Origin: Promethearchaeum syntrophicum
GTDB taxonomy: Archaea > Asgardarchaeota > Lokiarchaeia > Sigyniarchaeales > Promethearchaeaceae
Reading direction: 5' to 3'
NCBI RefSeq assembly: GCF_008000775.2
Contig: NZ_CP042905.2
Coordinates: forward strand, 4,020,001 to 4,052,000
Length of the DNA stretch: 32,000 nucleotides
The translations under genes were made by a program, and so were the position numbers. Within the stretch, counting starts at the first letter, position 1; each line of letters starts with the position of its first letter. This document shows, piece after piece, positions 24,080 through 32,000 of the stretch. Under the pieces are notes generated by a model. That model saw only the letters and a program-made list of their open reading frames with translations, was not told the origin of the DNA and ran no database searches.

Positions 24080-25176
24080 TATAAATTCACTTTGTATCTA
24101 AGAATTGCTGCAATTTTGCCGTAATTTTCTAACTGCTCGCCTGCTGGGTTCATAGTGCTTAAAATATGAACCTGGCCTCGATTTTTTTCAGTATTATTTA
24201 AAATTTCTTCAATTTCTGCTCGAGATTCCTTTTCAGATACACGTAACAACACATCACATATTAATAGATGTTCAATTGCACCCATTATGGAACATTGCTT
24301 CACTTGATCGAGTCCATACATTATCATATCATTATCTTTTCCCAGAAATTCAATGAATTGCTGCATCATCATTTCATCTTGCGCAATTTTGAAATCAGCT
24401 TTTAAAGTAGATATTGAACCATTTCGTAGTATTTCATAAATCGCACTGATTTCACCTGAACTAGCACTGATTGCTGCCATTTTTACATTATTGCTTTTTT
24501 TTTCATGTTTTTCCCGATAGGTTTCAACAAAATGCTCTTTTGTAAAACCAGGACCACAAATAACAATTAAACTAAGCGGATATTTTGCGAGATTTTCGTC
24601 AATGACCGTAATTACATTATTATAGAATTTTTCAACAATTTCTTTATGCATCTGCTTTGAATATCTCTTTCCCGGTATATTTTCCTTTATTTCTGAAATA
24701 GGTGTTAAAGAATAATTTGTTAACATTGCAATATTTGCCAATCCATTTTCGATTGCAATACATAATACTGATGAGGTGCTCTTTTGTTCCAAATTTCTTC
24801 TAATTCTTTGAATATCATTTCTATACCATTGTTCTTTAAATATCGTAATTTTTGAACCTGGTTCTAAATTGAACGTGTGATGTTGACCTGTTGAAACCCA
24901 ATCTTCGGGACCTTCAAGAATCGTTCCCAATACTCTAAGTCTGTTTGTAAATTCATGAAATTCAACCTTTTGAATATTAAGTAATAAGGTCATTGGCTTT
25001 CTAACCCCAGAATCTCCTTCTCTCATAACCACGCGACGGAAAGTTCTTCCTTTTATTTGATCATTTTCACGAATAATATTGTAAATTACCCATAAATCAT
25101 CTAAGCTTTCAATTAATACCTTCAATTCTCCGTTCCGCGTTTTATCTACTAATACTTGCATATATGAAAGCTCCAT
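24079..25176 (-). CDS. pelA: Pelota (Dom34 homologue), mRNA surveillance / ribosome rescue factor
   Basis: The N-terminal pattern LKVLIESLDDLWVIYNII is characteristic of Pelota. The eRF1-like central and C-terminal domains are present (CGPGFTKE...). Its ATG abuts the Cgi121 stop. An alternative ATG is at 25161. Confidence 0.85.
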   Translation of the reverse strand: MELSYMQVLVDKTRNGELKVLIESLDDLWVIYNIIRENDQIKGRTFRRVVMREGDSGVRKPMTLLLNIQKVEFHEFTNRLRVLGTILEGPEDWVSTGQHHTFNLEPGSKITIFKEQWYRNDIQRIRRNLEQKSTSSVLCIAIENGLANIAMLTNYSLTPISEIKENIPGKRYSKQMHKEIVEKFYNNVITVIDENLAKYPLSLIVICGPGFTKEHFVETYREKHEKKSNNVKMAAISASSGEISAIYEILRNGSISTLKADFKIAQDEMMMQQFIEFLGKDNDMIMYGLDQVKQCSIMGAIEHLLICDVLLRVSEKESRAEIEEILNNTEKNRGQVHILSTMNPAGEQLENYGKIAAILRYKVNL

Positions 25177-25866
25177 TTATTTTTCTACATTTCTTTTAAA
25201 ATTCTCAAGGAATAATTTAACCATTCCAGTATTGTATGCATCTGTAATTGCTTTTAAAATTGAATCTGAAGAAATCTCTCTTTTCAAATCATCTAAAGAA
25301 TTAATTTTTCCCTTTACTGGTTCATTATTTCCTTGCAGAATATTTGTTATTTGAGTAATTGAGATTTCAAAAGTTTTCATAAAGGGTTCCCACTCATTTG
25401 GTTCTAAATATTTGAATTGAGCATGTTTACCATTAGTTGTTTGGGTCTCCAAGAAATTTATTGCTTGCTGTAAATCATCAGGTTCCCCAAATAAGATTTC
25501 ACCATAAGAAATTTCTTTTTTTTCTTTTGGACTTTTTACCCCTACTTTATCTATAGCCTTGGTTATTTGTTTCTCATGTGAAAGATATAATAAAAATTCA
25601 ACACCGTATTGCTTTGAGATATTAGAACCTAACGAAAAAGTTGAATGAACATGATGTAAAATAAATTTAAGTTGATCTTTTGAAATTACGAACTGTGAAT
25701 TAAACATTTGAAAAGAGATATTGAATTTTTCCATTATTTCTTGTTTAAGCAGTATGAATTGATCCAAATATGAGGTTGGTTTCAGATGTTTCGGATTATC
25801 TTTAACCGTCCCAATATATTGAGCTAAAGACATAGCTACTCCTTTTTCAACTTCAATTATATTCAT
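25177..25866 (-). CDS. cgi121: Cgi121-like KEOPS complex subunit (extended, 229 aa)
   Basis: The core FQMFNSQFVISKDQLKFILHHV...NISKQYGVEFLLYLSHEKQITKAIDKVGVK aligns by eye with the archaeal Cgi121 pattern FQ.LNA..V..K.H...A...IAKS...EILV.ASGQRQI.EAI...G.K. Confidence 0.5.
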   Translation of the reverse strand: MNIIEVEKGVAMSLAQYIGTVKDNPKHLKPTSYLDQFILLKQEIMEKFNISFQMFNSQFVISKDQLKFILHHVHSTFSLGSNISKQYGVEFLLYLSHEKQITKAIDKVGVKSPKEKKEISYGEILFGEPDDLQQAINFLETQTTNGKHAQFKYLEPNEWEPFMKTFEISITQITNILQGNNEPVKGKINSLDDLKREISSDSILKAITDAYNTGMVKLFLENFKRNVEK

Positions 25867-26365
25867 TTAAATTTCTCCACTCTGAATATTCTTTTTCCCA
25901 AAAGAATAAAACCCACTTTTTAGTATGCACTATAGAATAATCTGCGGTAATATTTGGATTTTTTTGCTTATCCACCAGAAGAGCTAGTTTATAATTTTCA
26001 ATTTTATGAATTTTAAGAAGAGTATAAATAAACTCAGCCGTTTTCCCTTCGTCTATTAAATCTTCGATAACTAATACCTTTTTTCCTTTCATTTTCTCCC
26101 AAGGAGGTTCCTGAAGGATTTCAATATCATTCTGTTTCATTTTATGGTAAGATCTCAATCTAATTGTGTAAAATGTTGAGATATTTAATTTAGAAGCAAT
26201 GTAATATGCCAGTACTAACCCTCCACGAGCTATACATAAAATCATATCAAAGGGCTCACTTTCAGGAGTATCTTCAATAATTTTTTCAATTAACAAATTG
26301 GAATGTTTATAAAATTTCTCAGGAGTATAAACATAGTATTTTTCAATATCTTCATTTTCAGTCAT
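25853..26365 (-). CDS. Purine (Gpt/Hpt-like) phosphoribosyltransferase
   Basis: The PRPP-binding motif is KVLVIEDLIDEGKT. It is preceded by CIARGGLVLA and followed by the W..FFWE C-terminus typical of Gpt-like type I PRTases. Confidence 0.7.
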   Translation of the reverse strand: MTENEDIEKYYVYTPEKFYKHSNLLIEKIIEDTPESEPFDMILCIARGGLVLAYYIASKLNISTFYTIRLRSYHKMKQNDIEILQEPPWEKMKGKKVLVIEDLIDEGKTAEFIYTLLKIHKIENYKLALLVDKQKNPNITADYSIVHTKKWVLFFWEKEYSEWRNLNEYN

Positions 26366-26377
26366 TCTAATTTCAGC

Positions 26378-27148
26378 TCAAATGCTTAATCCCCAATTCA
26401 AAATTGGTATTAAATCTAAATTAATTTGTATAAATATTCCAACACCTAAAATTATGGCGTTTAAAACTATAAAACATAGATCTAATAATTTTAATCGCAA
26501 TGGGTAGTAGAAATTGGGAACTTTTTTCACCCCAAAAGCGCGTGTTTCAAGAGCCTCAGCAACATGGTATGCGCGACGTATTGAGTTCATTAGCAGAGGA
26601 ATTAAAAGGGGGAATAAATTCCTTATTTGCTGGATCATCCCCCCTTCTTGAATACGATGCCCTCGAGACTTTTGAGCATTCATAACGATCTCCGTTTCTT
26701 GGGCCATTGTCGGAACAAATCTGAATGAAAGAGATAATGAAAAAGCTGTTGGATAAGGAATGTGCAAAAGAATCAAACTTTGAGTGATATCCTCAGGTAA
26801 AGTTGTCTGGAAATATATCGAAAAAATAATCATCAAAATCAATAACCTAATTATCGTAATTAGCGATTTATTAAAGGAACCGTCCGATGTGTTAGTGTTA
26901 ATAATTAAAATAAAGAAAATAACAAAATATAGCCCTTTTACTCCTTTAAAAAATTGTGACGATAAATTCGCAATTAACATAAGAAGAATTGCTAATAAGA
27001 ATAGGATAATCATTAAAGGTAAAGTTCTAAACATAAAGGCAAGAATTGTATACGTTAATATCATAAATAACTTTGAACGAGGATCTAACCTATGTAAAAT
27101 CGTGTTTTTATGGAGAAAAGAAAATGTTTTTGCAAATTCTAATGACAT
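26378..27148 (-). CDS. ecfT: ECF transporter transmembrane (T) component
   Basis: 256 aa and polytopic. It has the CbiQ/EcfT-like pattern with the coupling-helix motif around AQKSRGHRI. It overlaps the upstream ATPase gene by 10 nt. Confidence 0.8.
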   Translation of the reverse strand: MSLEFAKTFSFLHKNTILHRLDPRSKLFMILTYTILAFMFRTLPLMIILFLLAILLMLIANLSSQFFKGVKGLYFVIFFILIINTNTSDGSFNKSLITIIRLLILMIIFSIYFQTTLPEDITQSLILLHIPYPTAFSLSLSFRFVPTMAQETEIVMNAQKSRGHRIQEGGMIQQIRNLFPLLIPLLMNSIRRAYHVAEALETRAFGVKKVPNFYYPLRLKLLDLCFIVLNAIILGVGIFIQINLDLIPILNWGLSI

Positions 27149-28881
27149 CTTGAAAGTAAATCCTCCAACTGTTTAATATTAAGAATGTTTTCTGGAATCC
27201 AAGGAAAATCCTTATGTAAATCTTTGAAAAGCAAAGTAAAATTATATTTATCTAGAGAAGCTCTCTTTAAAATTGTTGATTGGGTAAATATTTCCTCCAC
27301 ATTTCCATCAGCTAAGATTTTTCCTTTTTCTAAAATAATAATACGAGTCGCTAAATTAGCTACAAACTCCAAATCATGAGAAACTATGATGCTTGTCTTA
27401 TTTTGATTTTGAGCTTGAAGGATCAAATTATTCATTCTCTTTTTATGTTCTGCATCTTGTCCAATGGTTGGTTCGTCAAAAATAAGGATATTCGTATTTC
27501 TGCATAAAATGGTTGCTAAAGATACTTTTTTTCGCTGCCCTCCGGATAAATTAAATGGTGATAAGAGAGAAAGGTCATTTAGGTTAAGATCTCTTAAGGT
27601 TTTTTCAATTCGACTTTTTTCTTCTGCGTCAGATAGCTGTAAATTCTTTAATGAAAACTTAATTTCATCTAAAACTGAATTTAGAAAGAGCTGATGATCT
27701 GGATTTTGAAACATTAAACCAACATTTTTAGCAATTTTATATGTGGGTGAATTTTTAATATTCCTTCCTTGAATCCAAATATTTCCTGTGTTGGGTTTTA
27801 TCAACCCACTTATACATTTTATTAATGTACTTTTACCAGCCCCATTTGGTCCCATAATAGCTACAATTTCTCTTGGAAAAATCGAACAACTGATGTTTTC
27901 TAAAGCTTTTGTGTGATCGGCACTAAATTCATAAGAATGGCTGATATCTTTAAGAAAGATATTTGGATTTTTCTCGTATATTTCTTTTTCCCTTGTTATA
28001 TTATTTGGTTTAAATTCGGCTATTTCGGTATATTTAGAAAAGATTTCAGCCAATTTCTGTTTTTGATCTTCAAAATTTAAAAGGATTTCACCACTAAAAA
28101 AGCCTTCATCCCGTTTTTTTTTTAACCAGTAAATTATCGGGGGTAAATCTAAACCCAAACTGTAAATTATCTCTGAATTAAAAACCGATTTAGCATTATC
28201 ATGTTGAATTATTTTTCCATTATTAATAACGATCATTTCATCTACAAACGGAATAACTGATTCCATTCGATGTTCGGAAATAATAATCGTTTTGTTAAGA
28301 GATGATTGTAGATGTTTTAAAAGATTTAAGATCTCAAAAGAAGTTTTTGGATCCAAATTTGATAATGGCTCATCTAATACCAGAATGTCTGGATCCAAAG
28401 CAAGTAATGAGGCAATCGCAACTTTTTGTTGCTCTCCACCACTTAATTGAAAAGGAGGCCTGTGTCTTAATTTTTCAATTTGAGTTATTGAAATAACTTT
28501 TTCAATTTTCTCCTTGATTTTTTCTTTGGAAAAACCAAGATTTTCAAGACTAAAGGCTAATTCGCGTTCAACATCCATCGAAAATAGCTGATTTTCAGGG
28601 GTTTGAAACACGGTTCCAACAGTTTCAGATAAAAGTGCGGGTGAAGAAGAAATAGTGTCTTTACCTTTAACTTTCATATAACCATAAAATTTGCCTCGGT
28701 AAAAATGGGGTATAAGACCGTTCATAGTCCGAATTAAAGATGTCTTTCCTGACCCAGTTGGTCCGCAAATTAAAACAAATTTTCCTCGGTTGATATTTAA
28801 ATTGATTTCTTTTAGAATATTATCATCTGATGTTTTATATCTGAATGAAACATTAATTGCGGAGATATCAATATCAATCAT
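27139..28881 (-). CDS. ecfA: ECF transporter ATPase, fused duplicated ABC domains (EcfA-EcfA')
   Basis: Two complete ABC cassettes are present: GPTGSGKTS / LSGGEQQKV / ILVLDEP and GPNGAGKST / LSGGQRKKV / ILIFDEP. Confidence 0.85.
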   Translation of the reverse strand: MIDIDISAINVSFRYKTSDDNILKEINLNINRGKFVLICGPTGSGKTSLIRTMNGLIPHFYRGKFYGYMKVKGKDTISSSPALLSETVGTVFQTPENQLFSMDVERELAFSLENLGFSKEKIKEKIEKVISITQIEKLRHRPPFQLSGGEQQKVAIASLLALDPDILVLDEPLSNLDPKTSFEILNLLKHLQSSLNKTIIISEHRMESVIPFVDEMIVINNGKIIQHDNAKSVFNSEIIYSLGLDLPPIIYWLKKKRDEGFFSGEILLNFEDQKQKLAEIFSKYTEIAEFKPNNITREKEIYEKNPNIFLKDISHSYEFSADHTKALENISCSIFPREIVAIMGPNGAGKSTLIKCISGLIKPNTGNIWIQGRNIKNSPTYKIAKNVGLMFQNPDHQLFLNSVLDEIKFSLKNLQLSDAEEKSRIEKTLRDLNLNDLSLLSPFNLSGGQRKKVSLATILCRNTNILIFDEPTIGQDAEHKKRMNNLILQAQNQNKTSIIVSHDLEFVANLATRIIILEKGKILADGNVEEIFTQSTILKRASLDKYNFTLLFKDLHKDFPWIPENILNIKQLEDLLSRCH

Positions 28882-29936
28882 TTATTCTCGATCTCTTTTT
28901 TTACAAGCTTTAAAATTTCTGGGACCAATTCGGTCATATAATCCTTGTTTTCATTATTTAAAATACCATATGACCCCGCCGCACCATCATGTCCACCACC
29001 AGAACCATTAAATTTTTCCCCAATAATCTTCATTATCTCTCCTAAATGAAGAGAAGTTTCGCGTATCAAATTTCCTCTGGCTCTTGAAGATATTCTAAAT
29101 TCATGTGTTTTAGGAACATAAGAAATTATAAAGGATACATCAGCACCTAAATCAATTAAGGCTTTACAAGCACTAGCTTCATAACTGGAAACGTGACTAA
29201 ATACAATAATATAATCATGTACATAATAAATTTTTTGAATCCGGTTAGCCCCTTTAATTCGGGCTATTTTTTCTGAACGAGCCATCTTTTTGCTTAGTTT
29301 TTCTGTTACTTCAGATATTGATACTCCTGTTTCAAGTAAGAATTTTGCATTATCTAAGGTTTCTTTTGTAGCATACCGAAAATGTCCAGTATCGGTAATA
29401 ATCCCTGCTAATAATGCTAGGACAATATCACGATTTGGGATTAGTTCTTGTATTTGGTAGAATTTTATGATAATCTCAGCTGTAGATGAACAATCACTTA
29501 GAATGAGAGAACGTTTTACTCGATCATCGAGCTTTATTGGATCGACATGATGATCAATAATAATAATATTTTGAATTTTGGGGGTAGTTTTTTCCTTATT
29601 TATAACCATCCCTAAATCGGAGGTGTCTACAATTATCAATAAATCAATATTTTCAGGAAATTTTTTTGAGAATTTCCATTTTGGGTCTGAAAGTATTTCC
29701 TTGTATACTTTATCAGCAATTTTATTCAAATTTAAGACTATTTCGATTTTTGTTCCTGGGTTTATTTGGGTTAAAAATTCTTTTAACCCAATAACTGAAG
29801 CTAAAGCATCTGGATCTGCATTATTATGTCCAGTTATGACAATTGATGATGAATTTTTTACAGATCTTATTAAATCTGAAATAAATTTTCGAATAGTTAA
29901 ATTTGGATTAATTTCGTTCAACTTGAAAAACCTCAA
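28878..29936 (-). CDS. DHH/DHHA1 phosphoesterase (NrnA-like nanoRNase / pAp phosphatase architecture)
   Basis: Motifs present: GHNNADPDALAS, IIVDTS, IIDHHV, ITDTGHFRY and GGGHDGAAG. Its stop overlaps the ecfA start (ATGA). Confidence 0.8.
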   Translation of the reverse strand: MRFFKLNEINPNLTIRKFISDLIRSVKNSSSIVITGHNNADPDALASVIGLKEFLTQINPGTKIEIVLNLNKIADKVYKEILSDPKWKFSKKFPENIDLLIIVDTSDLGMVINKEKTTPKIQNIIIIDHHVDPIKLDDRVKRSLILSDCSSTAEIIIKFYQIQELIPNRDIVLALLAGIITDTGHFRYATKETLDNAKFLLETGVSISEVTEKLSKKMARSEKIARIKGANRIQKIYYVHDYIIVFSHVSSYEASACKALIDLGADVSFIISYVPKTHEFRISSRARGNLIRETSLHLGEIMKIIGEKFNGSGGGHDGAAGSYGILNNENKDYMTELVPEILKLVKKEIENK

Positions 29937-29976
29937 AAAAATTTTTTTTTACTCTTCTTATCTCAATAAAGATACC

Positions 29977-30336
29977 TTAATATCCTAACTTTTTATTTAT
30001 CTCTTGGATTTTCGCTTTTTGTTCTTCATACTGTTTATTAATACGTTCAACTTGCTTTGTAATACTATTTAATCTAATTTCAAGCTCTTCTTTCTTTTCC
30101 TTTGAAGAAGTGAGTAAAACTGGAACTGAAGATTTAATAAAGATTCCTCCTGCAGATTTGTAAACAATAGCATCTTCCTCAGCGGATTCTAATTCTTTGA
30201 TTGCTGCCTCTTTTTCGGCAAATTGATGTTGTATAGATGATTGTTGTTGCATCATAAACTCCAATTGTTGTTGAATGTTCTGAAAACGCGCGACTTCTTG
30301 TTGATCTTGTTGGGATAAATTTGGTGGTTGACTCAT
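29977..30336 (-). CDS. pfdB: Prefoldin beta subunit
   Basis: 119 aa with two coiled-coil arms flanking a central beta-hairpin segment (AIVYKSAGGIFIKSS). The Q-rich N-terminal arm is typical of the family. Confidence 0.85.
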   Translation of the reverse strand: MSQPPNLSQQDQQEVARFQNIQQQLEFMMQQQSSIQHQFAEKEAAIKELESAEEDAIVYKSAGGIFIKSSVPVLLTSSKEKKEELEIRLNSITKQVERINKQYEEQKAKIQEINKKLGY

Positions 30337-30428
30337 ATTTACTTTAAATTAATCATAAAATTTGAAAATTATCAATTTAATTTATTTTGATTTAAAATCA
30401 TAGATTATAATAGAGGAAGGCGAAAGTT

Positions 30429-31238
30429 TTGCGAAAAATCCATATTACTTATAATGCACAAGAAAAGAAGAGAATTACTGAGCCAATTTTATCCAGTAAA
30501 CCAGATGTATTATATTATATTTGTCATCAAGGAGAAATTGAAGATATTTTCTTAAATTATAAGAAAATGAATTTAGAAACGATTAAAAATAATTTGGAAA
30601 ACTGTATAATTATTGAAAATTTTGTTGATTATGTTAATTATTACGATATTATTGGGAATTTAGCAAAGATTATTAGCTCAGAAAACGCAAAAAGCACTGA
30701 AGAAGACATATCTTTCACCATAAATATGGGAACTGGAAGTAAAATGGTTGCTGTTGCAAACTTAGATGCAGGACGTCTATGGGACAATATCAAATTAATA
30801 TATCCCTACTCACTGGATTACAATCCTAATGAAGAATCAACCCATTCAGGAATTCTTATTTCTGCAGAACCTCCCAAGTTTAAATTCGAAAAACCTCCGC
30901 TAGACTTAATAAAAGCAATGCAAATTTTATATTGGTTAATGAAACATGACAAATTTGATAGAGAAAGAGATTTTGTGCTTCAAAGAGATTGGCAAGAAGC
31001 AATATATCGAACGTATAAGATAAGATCTGTCAAGAAAAATATAAATCCTAGAAAACAAGATTCTTCGGAAAAAATATCTATCCTTCGAAGGTTTATTGGA
31101 CCGTTAACAGATAAATGGGGCTTTATTTACCGTAAAAAACAAGGTAGAGATTATAAAGTTTTTTTCACAGATGCGGGTATAAAAATAGTTCTTGTTTTTA
31201 TGAATTACGATTACGGGATTAATTTTCATACAAAATAA
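30429..31238 (+). CDS. Csa3/CARF-like Rossmann sensor domain fused to a winged HTH (putative ligand-responsive regulator)
   Basis: TTG start about 9 nt after GAGGAAGG. The N-terminal alternating beta/alpha pattern runs KIHIT..., PDVLYYIC..., CIIIENFVD..., and ISFTINMGTGSKMVAVA, which resembles the Csa3/CARF D-x-T-G-G-x-K strand-loop. The C-terminus looks wHTH-like (ISILRRFIGPLTDKWGFIYRKKQGRDYKVFFTDAG). The CDS call is solid; the function is inferred. Confidence 0.45.
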   Translation: MRKIHITYNAQEKKRITEPILSSKPDVLYYICHQGEIEDIFLNYKKMNLETIKNNLENCIIIENFVDYVNYYDIIGNLAKIISSENAKSTEEDISFTINMGTGSKMVAVANLDAGRLWDNIKLIYPYSLDYNPNEESTHSGILISAEPPKFKFEKPPLDLIKAMQILYWLMKHDKFDRERDFVLQRDWQEAIYRTYKIRSVKKNINPRKQDSSEKISILRRFIGPLTDKWGFIYRKKQGRDYKVFFTDAGIKIVLVFMNYDYGINFHTK

Positions 31239-31327
31239 GAGTGGAAATATTTATTAAAACAAATTTTTTTAATATCTAATTTACTCGAATATAATAGTAA
31301 ATTGTAAATTTTATTTGGTAGATAAAA

Positions 31328-32000
31328 ATGAGCAGCATTTCAGTTTTAGCCAATAAAGAGAAAACCACTCAAGTATTACAGCAAGCAGAGTATTCTGTCT
31401 ATAATAACATTAGTTCCACGCTTGAAATGTGTTTTGAATTGTTTGCTCGCCATGATACCCCTACTATCCCCACATTATTGATAAAACTTGTAGAAAATAT
31501 CGATATTATAAAACCCTATTTTATACATGAGTTAAAATTACTTAGTAAATTCCTTAGAGCTTTACCACTTATTATTGGAATTGAGAATAGACATGATTTA
31601 CTAAAGGATGATTGTTTATTTATTAGAAAAGGCTTAATTTCAATCAGTATAAATACATTCTCCCATATAATTTCAAATAATCAACTTCCATTAGCAATCG
31701 CTAAAAAAGGGGGATTTTTTGTAGATATTGATGGGGAAAAATTAATTCAACTAAGGAAAAATAAGAATTACTCCAGAAATGATCTCGCAGAAAAACTCAA
31801 AGTATCAGCCAAATCTATTATGCATTATGAAAAAAATGCAATGAGAACATCCACAGAACATGCCCAACATCTTAAAGAAATTTTGGGAGATTCTATTCAG
31901 GTTCCGATCAATACATATGAATATATTAATCAATCCTTCTCTGATTTTTCAGTTAATCCTCAAATGCAAAGAAAAATTTCTGCAAAAAATCGCGAATTAA
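31328..32000 (+). CDS. XRE/Cro-type HTH transcriptional regulator with a conserved archaeal N-terminal domain (partial, runs off the right edge)
   Basis: Not in the ORF track because it is open at the edge. ATG 31328 opens a frame of 224 codons with no stop. The HTH_3 signature is LRKNKNYSRNDLAEKLKVSAKSIMHYEKN. Confidence 0.65.
   Translation, partial: MSSISVLANKEKTTQVLQQAEYSVYNNISSTLEMCFELFARHDTPTIPTLLIKLVENIDIIKPYFIHELKLLSKFLRALPLIIGIENRHDLLKDDCLFIRKGLISISINTFSHIISNNQLPLAIAKKGGFFVDIDGEKLIQLRKNKNYSRNDLAEKLKVSAKSIMHYEKNAMRTSTEHAQHLKEILGDSIQVPINTYEYINQSFSDFSVNPQMQRKISAKNREL

Noticed and set aside
15841-29988. Other ORF-track entries antisense to or overlapping supported genes: 15841-16041, 16804-17070, 17087-17290, 17235-17417, 18871-19071, 20700-21035, 21494-21733, 22219-22413, 22415-22603, 26500-26685, 26784-27176, 27185-27379, 27464-27694, 28302-28496, 28790-29011, 29578-29988. 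Also 5864-6094.
   Set aside because: Each lies within a longer ORF on the opposite strand or another frame that carries clear family motifs. Their sequences are low-complexity and typical of AT-rich shadow frames.
1-32000. CRISPR arrays, transposases/integrases, rRNA or tRNA genes, prophage hallmarks
   Set aside because: No regularly spaced direct repeats were seen, and no DDE, tyrosine- or serine-recombinase-like ORFs. No GC-rich cloverleaf candidates turned up in any intergenic region I scanned.

Overview
AT-rich archaeal chromosomal segment, roughly 30% GC by eye. The archaeal call rests on two TFB (TFIIB-like) paralogues, a proteasome-activating nucleotidase, a porGDAB-type 2-oxoacid:ferredoxin oxidoreductase operon, Pelota, Cgi121, prefoldin beta, oligo-T terminators and TATA-like promoters. 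An Asgard/Loki-like origin is only a guess from composition and gene content. Most of the window is housekeeping or transport. This includes an ABC-2 exporter with an ArsR-like regulator, PAN, the POR operon, and an eight-gene overlapping minus-strand operon (prefoldin-DHH-ECF A/T-PRTase-Cgi121-Pelota-radical SAM). It also includes a GMP-synthase subunit-B-like PP-loop enzyme, two DHH/DHHA1 phosphoesterases and two GNATs. No rRNA, tRNA, CRISPR array, transposase or integrase was recognised. The most unusual stretch is a 617-bp ORF-free island (14208-14824) lying between the two convergent TFB paralogues. It is locally GC-enriched and holds a 12-bp long-range inverted repeat, a nested helix, a T-run-free body ending in T7, a 14-bp GC-rich hairpin and a GGAGG-rich polypurine tract. 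It matches no RNA family I could recognise by eye. Other items worth a second look: a tandem pair of diverged PH-like membrane-protein paralogues with duplicated promoters; a GNAT/membrane protein/nucleotidyltransferase(/radical-SAM-like) plus-strand cassette; and a Csa3/CARF-like wHTH regulator with no cas genes in view. Also notable are a triple TTTTGCA(AAA) operator-like array upstream of the ABC genes and a non-canonical zinc ribbon shared by both TFBs. All functional calls come from motif recognition by eye; no database search was run.
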